The notes beneath the pieces are model-generated. The model was not told the origin of the DNA. It saw nothing but the letters and a program-made list of their open reading frames with translations, and did no database searches. The position numbers were made by a program, and so were the translations under genes. A stretch of 64,000 nucleotides of DNA from Caldimicrobium sp. (GTDB lineage: Bacteria > Desulfobacterota > Thermodesulfobacteria > Thermodesulfobacteriales > Thermodesulfobacteriaceae): assembly GCA_025059715.1 (NCBI GenBank), contig JANXCE010000008.1:488-64487 (forward strand), given 5' to 3'. Positions 28,722 to 37,484 of the stretch are shown here, piece by piece; within the stretch, counting starts at the first letter, position 1; every line of letters begins with the position of its first letter.

Positions 28722-29315
28722 CTTCGTTACCTCCTCATATAGTCTTACTACTTCATTATAAGCATCCTTCCTCAGTCTTGCAAGCACTAAAAGCTTCATC
28801 AAAAAATCCCTTCTCTTTCCCTCCTCCAGCCTCTCAACCCGCTCCCTTAGCCTATCCCAAAAGTCCCTCTCCCTCTTACACAGAATAGCGAGCAACTGGT
28901 CCTCCTCCACCTCACTCTCAAGTAGCTCCCTACAACTAATCTTCCTCAGCTCCACAACCTTAACTCGGTGCTGAAGTCTTCCCAAACGATACCTTGTTCT
29001 ATAGGGACACTTCTTGTCTCCTACCCAAAGTAAAACCTGTAAAGGATATGCTCCGTATCTCTCGTAAATCCTTAAGTAAAGCTCAATAAGCCTTAGTGGC
29101 AAAGTGGGATCATAGGTGCTCTGAATTTCAAGATGAATAAGGGTGCCATTTTCAAGTCTTCCTACGAAGTCTGCCTTTCTTTCTTTGGTTGTGGGGAAGG
29201 TGCTTTCAAGGACTTCTGAGACCTTGGAGCCAAAGAGGATTTGAATGATCTTGAGAGGGAGCCTTTGTAGAACTTCTCTTAAGGTTCGGTCAAAGGGAAA
29301 GGAGGGCTGGGACAT
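28455..29315 (-). CDS. Rpn/YhgA-like PD-(D/E)XK nuclease family protein
   Basis: FDRTLRE, ERKADFV, IHLEIQS, LPLRL nuclease core; C-terminal EGIQQGLQQGL and helical DUF4351-like tail. Confidence 0.8.
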   Translation of the reverse strand: MSQPSFPFDRTLREVLQRLPLKIIQILFGSKVSEVLESTFPTTKERKADFVGRLENGTLIHLEIQSTYDPTLPLRLIELYLRIYERYGAYPLQVLLWVGDKKCPYRTRYRLGRLQHRVKVVELRKISCRELLESEVEEDQLLAILCKRERDFWDRLRERVERLEEGKRRDFLMKLLVLARLRKDAYNEVVRLYEEVTKMPLVIDKSRDPFYLEGIQQGLQQGLLREAQEMVLEVVEVKLGRVPKGLEEQIKAETDRDKLKRLLKELVLTSNPMEVIQQFGYRVNET

Positions 29316-29361
29316 GAAGATATTTTAGTATGTGTTTTGGGAATAGGCAATTTTTTGAGTG

Positions 29362-29466
29362 AAAGGGGATTGAAGCGGGGCGGTCCCTTTTTCAGCAAAT
29401 CCCTTTGAAGCGGGTCGGGTTGCCTTTTCCCCATGCAATCCCCTTTGAAGCGGGGCAGGTTGCAAC
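29362..29466 (-). CRISPR. Orphan degenerate CRISPR repeat cluster: one near-complete repeat, two decayed copies, no real spacers
   Basis: GTTGCAACCTGCCCCGCTTCAAAGGGGATTGCA (29466-29434); GCAACCCGACCCGCTTCAAAGGGATTTGC (29423-29395); ACCGCCCCGCTTCAA (29384-29370); CCCC/GGGG hairpin and GTTGCAA...AAGGGGATTG ends resemble type III-associated repeats. Confidence 0.65.
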
Positions 29467-29644
29467 ACCCCTAACCCCATACAAGCCTCATCAATCAATC
29501 CTTGTGATTGTTTAGAACAAACTATATTTTGCAAATTGACCCTCTGAAAGCCTCTATCCATCAGATCCAGCCGATGGTTGGAAATTAATCATAAAATCGT
29601 ATACTTTATATAGTTTTACGCAATTTCCTATTTTCTCTTGTCAA
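29467..29644 (-). promoter_or_regulatory. CRISPR-leader-like AT-rich non-coding region with candidate promoter TTGCGT-N16-TACGAT
   Basis: Abuts the 5' end of the best-conserved repeat; hexamers at 29623-29618 and 29601-29596. Confidence 0.5.
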
Positions 29645-29689
29645 AGATCGCAATACTTATTATTAAGTATAACCCATTTCTCAAAAAAG

Positions 29690-30590
29690 TGTATAAGTCC
29701 ATATGATTTTAGACTGAGGGGAATTCTCATCAAATTTGTAACAAATCCACTCCAAAGGCGATACATTCCCAAGACCACTATGCACCCTCTCCGTATTATA
29801 CCATATCAAATACCTCATAAGCACCCGGTTAAACTCCTCCAAATCATCCTTCAACATCCACTCCCTATACTCAATAAACTCCTCCTCCAATGTCCTGTTA
29901 AACCTCTCTACATACCCACTCCCTCTGGGATTCTAAGGATAATTAAAATAGTGCTCCAGTTTCTCCCTCTCAAGCTCCTTTGCAAATTTTTCTGAAAATT
30001 CACTCCCTTAGTCTTTCTCCACGTTCCTTATCTCAAAATCTCAAAAGGAGCTATCGCCTTCCTCTTTATATGCAAATCCAAATCTAAGGGAAACCGTAAA
30101 TGTTTAGAGGGTAGGGCATAGGTAGAATTCTAACGATATTTTCTTATTATGTCAACCACAAAGGACTACTCTTCATTGCCAATTCCAAACATACTAACTT
30201 CTTGCCCTCAATAAACTAACCCTCTTCACATAATGGCTAAGACCAATACTTTATGTTCCCTCCAATAGTTGAGACAAACACCAAAGGAGACAAACACTAA
30301 AGCTATGCCCCCCTCTCACAAAGTCAATTTACTAAGAGTTTAAGCCTCTACTTGCAAAAATATTCTCTCGTGTAATCCAGAACAAACTCTATTACCTCAT
30401 TCGCCACCTCTTTGAGCATTTCCTTTTTAGTAAACCATGCCCTCAGTGCCCATAGAGTTGTGAAAATTCGATGCCCCCTTAGTCTAAGAGCGAGCTCTCC
30501 TCTTTGGGATGCATCTTTGATTGCTTTAAGTCTTTGCGGTTTTTTAAGTCTTTGATGAGAGATGGGGTTAGTGAGAGGCTAAAAAGACCT
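29690..30590 (-). mobile_element. IS481-like remnant copy 2
   Basis: End TGTATAAGTCCATATG; intact C-terminal fragment 29681-29890 (FNRVLMRYLIWYNTERVHSGLG); 30360-30590 is homologous to 37490-37750. Confidence 0.85.
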
Positions 30591-30613
30591 GGGAGTTTTG
30601 CATTTTTTAAATT

Positions 30614-31366
30614 TCAGGTAGGGAACCTCGTTAAGAAAGAAAAGAGAGACATCAGGGATATTGAAGCGGTCTCAGCTCGAAGGATAAAGGGAGAGAGATT
30701 AAGAGAGAGAAAACCGCTTTTACTTGCAAGTTCAAGTTCCTCTGCACTTAAATCTCCCTCTGGACCCGAAAGGAGATAAATTTCCTTAGGTTTTTGCTTT
30801 AACTCCTCTAAAATTGAACCTAGCGCAGTTTTTCCGGTAGGATGGGCCAAAATTTTAAAAGTGGAAGTCTCCCTTAAGCTGAGGAGAAGCTCTGTAAGAG
30901 ATGGAGCAAAGTCTATTTGAGGGAAAATTAGCCTTCCTGATTGTTTGAGGGCATTTAGGGCTTTCTCTCTCAGCCTTTCCATTTTGATTTTAGTTATTTG
31001 GGGTAAGGTATGTTTGGATTGATAGACAATAAATTTACTAATACCCAATTCAGTCCCCTTCTCTATGAGGAACTCCGTTTTATCTCCCTTTAATACTGGG
31101 ATTAGGGCTGTTAAACTAACCTCTGGGAGTTCCTCAGATCTCACCAAATCTAAGAGTTTTATCTGAACTCTATATTCTCCCCTTTCTCTTAGAATCCTTA
31201 GAATCTCCGCTAAAAATTCCTTACCCTTTCCGTCAATTACAGTTATTCTCTCCCCTACCCTTTTTCTTAAAACCTTGACTACATGTGCTCCTTCTGTCGG
31301 AGGAAGCCAACCTTGCTCTCCCTTAAAATCAAAATAAAATCTTTGCCCTCCCCTCATGTTATACAT
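30614..31366 (-). CDS. rsmE: 16S rRNA m3U1498 methyltransferase
   Basis: HVVKVLRK, EKGTELGI, LKQSGR, SGPEGDLS, ILRAETA. Confidence 0.93.
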   Translation of the reverse strand: MYNMRGGQRFYFDFKGEQGWLPPTEGAHVVKVLRKRVGERITVIDGKGKEFLAEILRILRERGEYRVQIKLLDLVRSEELPEVSLTALIPVLKGDKTEFLIEKGTELGISKFIVYQSKHTLPQITKIKMERLREKALNALKQSGRLIFPQIDFAPSLTELLLSLRETSTFKILAHPTGKTALGSILEELKQKPKEIYLLSGPEGDLSAEELELASKSGFLSLNLSPFILRAETASISLMSLFSFLTRFPT

Positions 31367-31495
31367 AGTTATACATTCATTTTAGGTGAGTCTGTGCGAT
31401 ATTCAAGAGTGAGTGTATAGGCTGAGAAGTCCTTTGCTTGTTTTTTGTTTAAATCATATTATTATAACCATAGAGATGATCAATGGGAGCTTCCT

Positions 31496-32836
31496 ATGAA
31501 AAAGGGATTAATTCTTTTAGCGGATTGGGTTCTTTGCTCTGCGGAAATACCACCCCTTAAAGATGGAGCGCTTGCCATCGAGGGCTCTAAAATCATTGCG
31601 GTTGGAACGCACCAGGAAATACTTTCTAAGTTTCACAACTATCAAATTATTTCCTTAAAGAGAAAACTTGTTTTTCCAGGATTAGTAAATGCTCATACCC
31701 ATGCTCCTATGAGTATTCTCAGAGGGATTGCGGAGGATTTGCCCTTGATGACTTGGCTGACTAAATATATTTTCCCTATTGAGAGTCATCTGAAAAGAGA
31801 GTGGGTCTATTGGGGCACCAAGTTAGCTTTGATAGAAATGATTAAATCAGGCATCACTCTTTTCGGTGACATGTATCTTTTTGAATCAGAGGTGATTCGA
31901 GCTACAGAAGAAGCTGGCCTTAAAGCCCTTTTAGGGGAAGGGCTTTTTGATTTTCCCTCTCCAAGCTATGGTCCCTTAGAAAGGGGGCTTGAGTTAACCA
32001 AAGAGTTGTTAGAGGGTTTTCAAAACCATAAGAGGATAAAAATTGCCGTCTCACCTCATACTCTATATACCTGTTCTCCTGATACTATTAAAAAGTGTCT
32101 CAGGTTAGCGGAAAGACACTCGGCTCCTATACACATTCATTTATCAGAAAACAAAGAGGAGGTATCAGAGGTAGTTAGAAAGTATGGTAAAAGGCCTGTA
32201 GCTTTACTTGAGGAGCTTGGAGGTTTAAGGGAAAATCTCCTTGCGGTCCATTGTGTTAAATTAGAACCAAAAGAAATCTCCCTCCTTGCCCAAAGGGGGG
32301 TAAAAGTAGTCCATTGTCCTGAGAGTAACTTAAAATTAGGTTCAGGAATTGCCCCTTTACCGGAGATGCTTCAAGCAGGACTCACAGTGGGCTTAGGAAC
32401 AGATGGGCCGGCGAGCAATAATGATTTAGATATTTTTTCTGAGATGAGAACTGCTGCCCTTGTTCATAAGGGTTTACGGGAGGATCCCTCCATTATAACC
32501 GCAAGGGAGATTTTTTCCTTAGCTACAGAGCAGGGAGCAAAAGCCCTCTTCTTTAATGACACTGGTAAGCTTTTGCCAGGTTTTAAAGCGGATCTCTCTG
32601 TTTTAGATCTTCATCATCTTCCCTTGCAACCCGATTATAATCCCCTTACCCTTTTGGTCTACAGTGCAAAGGCAGGATATATCTCTGATCTTATGGTAGA
32701 TGGAGAGTTTGTAATGAAAAACTATCAGATTTTAACAATAAAGGAGGACCTTGTTCGAGAAAGAATTCAGGAAATAAAAGAGGAAATTTTACACATTTTA
32801 AAGAAAAATTTCTCACCTTCCCTTGACAATTCATAA
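31496..32836 (+). CDS. mtaD: Amidohydrolase, MTA/SAH deaminase-like
   Basis: PGLVNAHTH, HIHLSEN, HCPESNLKLGSG, LGTDGPASNNDLD; likely start ATG 31496. Confidence 0.85.
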   Translation: MKKGLILLADWVLCSAEIPPLKDGALAIEGSKIIAVGTHQEILSKFHNYQIISLKRKLVFPGLVNAHTHAPMSILRGIAEDLPLMTWLTKYIFPIESHLKREWVYWGTKLALIEMIKSGITLFGDMYLFESEVIRATEEAGLKALLGEGLFDFPSPSYGPLERGLELTKELLEGFQNHKRIKIAVSPHTLYTCSPDTIKKCLRLAERHSAPIHIHLSENKEEVSEVVRKYGKRPVALLEELGGLRENLLAVHCVKLEPKEISLLAQRGVKVVHCPESNLKLGSGIAPLPEMLQAGLTVGLGTDGPASNNDLDIFSEMRTAALVHKGLREDPSIITAREIFSLATEQGAKALFFNDTGKLLPGFKADLSVLDLHHLPLQPDYNPLTLLVYSAKAGYISDLMVDGEFVMKNYQILTIKEDLVRERIQEIKEEILHILKKNFSPSLDNS

Positions 32837-32884
32837 TTTTTTGATTTTTTAATTTATTAAAAAAATTTTTTTTGGAGGTGACCT

Positions 32885-34867
32885 ATGGCAGAAATTGAAG
32901 CCTTGCTCAAAGAAGAGCGAATTTTCTATCCTCCTCAGGAGGGCAAAGATCGGGCTTACATAAGCAGTAAATATCAGTATGAACAGATCTACGAATACTC
33001 TATTAAAGATCCTGATGGTTTTTGGTCTGAGAGAGCAAAAGAGCTTATTACCTGGTTTAAATACTGGGAGAAAACCTGTTATTGGGATTTTCACAAACCA
33101 GAAATAAGATTTTTTGAAGGAGGCAAGCTAAATGCCGCTTATAATTGTTTAGATAGACATCTCATGAATGGAGAGACCAAAAATAAGGCAGCCATAATTT
33201 GGCAAGGAGAACCAGATAAGGATTTGAGAGTTTACACCTATCAAATGCTCCATGATGAGGTGTGCAGATTTGCCAATATTTTGAAATCTCTTGGAGTTAA
33301 AAAGGGAGACAGAGTTGCAATCTACATGCCCATGATGCCTGAAGCAGTTGCGGCCATGCTTGCTTGCGCAAGAATTGGAGCTATTCATAGTGTGGTTTTT
33401 GGTGGATTTTCCGCCGAGGCTCTTAAATCAAGAATTCTTGATGCAGGCGCTAAGATCTTAATCACAGCAGACGGCACCTATCGTGGAGGAAGGAGAATAA
33501 ATCTTCTCAGTAATGCGGAAGCAGCAATAGCCGAGTGTGAATGCATTGAAAAATATATAGTTGTTAATCGTTTTGGCGAGGAAATTACTTTATCAGATGA
33601 AAGAGGATTGTTATACAGTGAACTAATTAAGAACAAAGAATTTGAAAAGTATTGTCCCTGCGAGGAGATGGATGCTGAGGACATACTCTTTATATTATAT
33701 ACCTCCGGTTCCACCGGTAAACCTAAAGGTATTTTTCATACCACAGGGGGATATTTAGTTTATGCGGCCCATACTACTCAATGGGTCTTTGATCTAAAAC
33801 CTGAGGATATCTTTTGGTGCACCGCAGATATTGGATGGATAACAGGACACTCCTATGTTGTGTATGGACCTTTAGCGCTGGGGGCCACAGTGTTTATGTA
33901 TGAAGGGATTCCTACTTATCCTGATCCAGGGAGATGGTGGGAGCTCGTAGATCGTTTTAAAGTAACCATTTTTTATACTGCGCCAACAGTCATTCGCGCC
34001 CTCATGAGAGAGGGAGAAGAATGGCCGGCCAAGTATGATCTCTCTACTCTAAGGATTTTAGGCACAGTGGGAGAGCCTATAAATCCAGAGGCTTGGATCT
34101 GGTATCACAAAAATATAGGTAAGGGAAGAATACCAGTAGTGGATACCTGGTGGCAAACGGAAACAGGTGGCCATTTGATCTCCCCCTTACCATATGCTAC
34201 CCCTCAAAAGCCTGGTTCCGCAACACTACCTTTACCAGGTATTGAACCTGTTATTCTTCGTGCAGATGGATCACCTGCGGATATCAACGAAGGTGGTCAT
34301 TTATGCATTAAGAGAGCCTGGCCAGGGATGGCAAGAGGTGTTTGGGGAGATCCTCAAAAATTTAAAGAGATTTACTTTAGCCGATTTCCTGGTTATTACT
34401 TAACAGGGGATGGAGCCCGAGTAGATGAAGATGGTTATTTCTGGATAATGGGAAGATTGGATGATGTTATCAATGTCTCAGGACATCGTATCGGCACCAT
34501 GGAACTTGAGTCCGCCTTTGTATCCCATCACGCAGTGGCAGAGGCAGCAGTGGTAGGTATGCCCCATGAAATAAAAGGAGAGGCTATCTATGCTTACATT
34601 GTATTAAAAGAGGGACATCAACCTTCAGAGGATCTAAGAAAGGAACTTATACAACATATAAGAAAAGTAATAGGACCCGTTGCTACTCCTGATGTGATTC
34701 AATTTGCCTCTGGGCTTCCCAAAACTAGATCCGGAAAAATTATGAGAAGAATTTTAAGAAAGGTAGCTGCTGGGATTTACGATGATTTAGGAGATGTCTC
34801 TACACTTGCTGACCCTTCGGTAGTTGAGGAAATCATTCAAGGAAGAAAGGCTCTATTCGGAAAATAA
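32885..34867 (+). CDS. acs: Acetyl-CoA synthetase (AMP-forming)
   Basis: YTSGSTGKPKG, DTWWQTETGG, GRLDDVINVSGHR, LPKTRSGKIMRR. Confidence 0.97.
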   Translation: MAEIEALLKEERIFYPPQEGKDRAYISSKYQYEQIYEYSIKDPDGFWSERAKELITWFKYWEKTCYWDFHKPEIRFFEGGKLNAAYNCLDRHLMNGETKNKAAIIWQGEPDKDLRVYTYQMLHDEVCRFANILKSLGVKKGDRVAIYMPMMPEAVAAMLACARIGAIHSVVFGGFSAEALKSRILDAGAKILITADGTYRGGRRINLLSNAEAAIAECECIEKYIVVNRFGEEITLSDERGLLYSELIKNKEFEKYCPCEEMDAEDILFILYTSGSTGKPKGIFHTTGGYLVYAAHTTQWVFDLKPEDIFWCTADIGWITGHSYVVYGPLALGATVFMYEGIPTYPDPGRWWELVDRFKVTIFYTAPTVIRALMREGEEWPAKYDLSTLRILGTVGEPINPEAWIWYHKNIGKGRIPVVDTWWQTETGGHLISPLPYATPQKPGSATLPLPGIEPVILRADGSPADINEGGHLCIKRAWPGMARGVWGDPQKFKEIYFSRFPGYYLTGDGARVDEDGYFWIMGRLDDVINVSGHRIGTMELESAFVSHHAVAEAAVVGMPHEIKGEAIYAYIVLKEGHQPSEDLRKELIQHIRKVIGPVATPDVIQFASGLPKTRSGKIMRRILRKVAAGIYDDLGDVSTLADPSVVEEIIQGRKALFGK

Positions 34868-34887
34868 GTTAAATTCTTCTTTTCTAT

Positions 34888-34915
34888 AGCCCCCTATCAT
34901 GGGGGCTTTATTTAT
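34888..34915 (+). terminator. Probable terminator after acs
   Basis: AGCCCCC-TATCAT-GGGGGCT followed by TTATTTAT. Confidence 0.65.
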
Positions 34916-34924
34916 CTTCACCAA

Positions 34925-36085
34925 ATGCAAGATTTTGAATTTTACCTTCCCACAAGGATTATCTTTGGTAGAGAAGCATTAAAGAGATTTCCTAAGGAGA
35001 TAATTCCCCTCGGAAGACGGATTCTTCTGATATATGGTCAAGGTTCAATAAAGAAAATTGGTCTTTACGAAAGGCTCATCTTAACTTTTAAGGAATTAAA
35101 TCTTCAATGGGAAGAATTTGGCGGAATAAAGAGTAACCCCACTCTTAAGCAAGTTAAAGAAGCAATACAGCTTACCCGATTCTTTAATCCAGATTATTTA
35201 TTAGCAGTGGGGGGTGGAAGTGTAATAGATGCTGCTAAAGGAGTTGCCTGTGGTTATTACTATGAGGGAGAGCTCTGGGATTTATATGAACGTAAGGACA
35301 CTCCCAAGCAAGCACTTCCCTTAGTTGTAATATCAACTATTGCAGGCTCAGGCTCAGAGGCTAATGATATCTCCGTCATAGCCAACGAAGAGAAGGGATT
35401 TAAACTAAGTCTTAGAAGTCCCCTACTATATCCTAAGCTTTCTTTCATAGATCCAAGACTGAGCTTCACTGTTCCCAAAGAATATATTGCTTATGGAGTA
35501 ATTGATGCCTTTTCCCATCTCTTTGAATATTTTATTTTTAGAGGTCACAAAGAGCCTTCAATAACTGAAGACTTGCTCGTGTTCTTAATGAAAAATATTC
35601 TAAAATGGGGATTAATAGCCTTTGAGGAACCGGAGAATTATGCTGCTCGGAGCCAACTTCACTGGGCTTCATTACTTGCCCTTTCCCCCTTAACCAGGGC
35701 AGGCTTGGGAAGTTATCGTTTCTTCTTGCACTCTTTAGAGCATCCCTTAAGTGGAAGTTATCCCTTAGCCCATGGTTTAGGCTTAGCCATACTTATCAGG
35801 GCCTTTCTTAAATTATATGGGGCCCATGATTGGGTAAAGAAATTTTATCAAAGGGTTTTCGAAATTGCTCCAGGGCCTCATTTGGCTAAAAGGGGGTTAA
35901 AGACTTACGAATCTATACTCTATAAATTCGGCTTACCTAAAACTCTAAGGGAAGTGGGTATACTAGAGGGAGCTTTAGAGAGCCTTGTAGAAAAGGCTTG
36001 GGAGATAATATATATCTGGAAAGCTGATAAAAATTTTAAAAAAACAGATCTGGAGATAATCTATAAAACTGCTATAGAAGGCTAA
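34925..36085 (+). CDS. Iron-containing alcohol dehydrogenase (BdhA/YqhD-like)
   Basis: SNPT, AVGGGSVIDAAK, GSGSE, DAFSH, HSLEH, LAHG metal ligands. Confidence 0.88.
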   Translation: MQDFEFYLPTRIIFGREALKRFPKEIIPLGRRILLIYGQGSIKKIGLYERLILTFKELNLQWEEFGGIKSNPTLKQVKEAIQLTRFFNPDYLLAVGGGSVIDAAKGVACGYYYEGELWDLYERKDTPKQALPLVVISTIAGSGSEANDISVIANEEKGFKLSLRSPLLYPKLSFIDPRLSFTVPKEYIAYGVIDAFSHLFEYFIFRGHKEPSITEDLLVFLMKNILKWGLIAFEEPENYAARSQLHWASLLALSPLTRAGLGSYRFFLHSLEHPLSGSYPLAHGLGLAILIRAFLKLYGAHDWVKKFYQRVFEIAPGPHLAKRGLKTYESILYKFGLPKTLREVGILEGALESLVEKAWEIIYIWKADKNFKKTDLEIIYKTAIEG

Positions 36086-36762
36086 TTTTTGCTCTTTGCT
36101 AAAGGTTTAACCTTCCATTCGGTGATAAGAAAGTTATCAATGACGAAGTGGTTGGTAATTTGAAAGTGAAGGATTTTTTTTAGACTTTTGAAACCTTCTC
36201 CACCAACTAAAGTGGGCACATTTTCTCCGCCCACAACCACTGGAAGGTGGATTATGTGCAGTTCATCAACAAATCCCAGTCTGATAAATTCCCAATTAAT
36301 AGAGGCTCCTCCCTCAACCATCAACTTTTTGATACCTCTTTGATGAAGAATTGGCAAAAGAACTTGGAAATCCACCAAATCTTCCCCTGCAATTAGAATC
36401 TCTGCTCCCAGTTCTTGAATTTTTTTAATCCTTTCTTCAGGAGCTCGTTGAGTAGTGACAATAATAGTTGGTGCATCTTTAGAAAAAATGTTAGCATTAT
36501 AGGGCACATTGGCGGTGGAACAGGGAATAATTCGCACCGGATTTTTTCCCTCCACATAGCGCACGGTAAGATTGGGATCATCGGTTCTAACAGTCTCACA
36601 CCCTACCATAATACCATCCACTTGAGCTCGCAGGCTGTGGAGGTATTTGTATACCTCCTTTGTCATTAAGCTCATTAATTCCTTTGAAGAGGCACCTCTA
36701 TACAGAGTAAGCTTTCCATCCAGGGTTACTTCTGAAACAATAATTACATAGGGTCTAATCAT
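36082..36762 (-). CDS. Stand-alone RibD C-terminal reductase domain (archaeal/fungal-type pyrimidine reductase-like)
   Basis: TLDGK, LHSLRAQVDGIMVG, DDPNLTVR, LMVEGGASI; no deaminase domain. Confidence 0.85.
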   Translation of the reverse strand: MIRPYVIIVSEVTLDGKLTLYRGASSKELMSLMTKEVYKYLHSLRAQVDGIMVGCETVRTDDPNLTVRYVEGKNPVRIIPCSTANVPYNANIFSKDAPTIIVTTQRAPEERIKKIQELGAEILIAGEDLVDFQVLLPILHQRGIKKLMVEGGASINWEFIRLGFVDELHIIHLPVVVGGENVPTLVGGEGFKSLKKILHFQITNHFVIDNFLITEWKVKPLAKSKN

Positions 36763-37381
36763 CTTTTACCTTCCCCAAGTTTTTATAAAGATAGAGAATT
36801 CTCTGTAGAAGGGATAAAGCGGTTAATATGGTAATTAATTTTATACCATAGTTTAAACCCAAAGGAAGGTGGCTTTTTTCAAAAATAGTAAAAATAATAA
36901 GAGTAAGATGGGTCTCGGGGCGCCCAAAGAATCCAAGGCCCTCCATGGGATCCCTTATCTTGCCATTGATCTTTGCTTCAAAACCTACTTCCGCATAAAC
37001 TACAGGTTTTACAAAGGAATGAAGCATAGAGAGGGTGACCACAAAGGTAGCCCAGGCAGGACCTGCATAGATGTAACCTATAATTCCTAATATCAGGCCA
37101 TCTACCCACTTATCCACTAACCAATCATATACCGCACCAAATTTAGTGGGATGGTCCCGAAAACGAGCCACTTCACCATCCAAGAGGTCTAAAAGTCCTG
37201 ATAATAGAAGGAGAAAAACCCCTGTTAGTAAATTTCCATAATAATAAGCTAAAGCAGAGGCAGAGCCAAAAATAAGAGAGAGTGAAGTAATAGTGTTGGG
37301 AGTGAATCTTAGCTTGAATAAAAAATAGGCAAAGGGATGATAGAACCTTCTAATTGATTCTCTTTTAGCAGTAAGGTTCAT
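36755..37381 (-). CDS. CDP-alcohol phosphatidyltransferase
   Basis: DLLDGEVAR...GAVYDWLVDKWVD signature; likely start ATG 37381. Confidence 0.88.
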   Translation of the reverse strand: MNLTAKRESIRRFYHPFAYFLFKLRFTPNTITSLSLIFGSASALAYYYGNLLTGVFLLLLSGLLDLLDGEVARFRDHPTKFGAVYDWLVDKWVDGLILGIIGYIYAGPAWATFVVTLSMLHSFVKPVVYAEVGFEAKINGKIRDPMEGLGFFGRPETHLTLIIFTIFEKSHLPLGLNYGIKLITILTALSLLQRILYLYKNLGKVKDD

Positions 37382-37484
37382 GAATTCTATTTTAAGAATT
37401 CTATAGGTCTTTGTCAAGATTAAAAGAAAGCATAAGTTCAAGGTCTTTTTGTAAGGAAAAAAGGCGTTAAAATTGTAAATCAAT

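Noticed and set aside
28586-28888. Pro/Ser-rich 100-aa plus-strand ORF as an antisense antitoxin
   Set aside because: Its composition is the mirror of the purine-rich Rpn codons; no RBS or promoter seen
29362-29466. Functional immune CRISPR array
   Set aside because: Linkers of 7-10 nt are too short to be spacers, the repeats are unequal, and there are no cas genes; reported only as a degenerate cluster
29325-29561. 78-aa minus-strand ORF upstream of Rpn
   Set aside because: It runs through the leader and repeat cluster with no recognisable motif; better explained as non-coding, although a leader-peptide role is not excluded
30504-30779. 91-aa plus-strand ORF
   Set aside because: Antisense to the IS remnant and the rsmE 3' end; no independent support
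31410-31440. GGCTGAGA motif reminiscent of a TPP riboswitch
   Set aside because: The downstream conserved CCTGA...AGCG.AGGGA elements and stems are absent, and neighbouring genes are unrelated to thiamine
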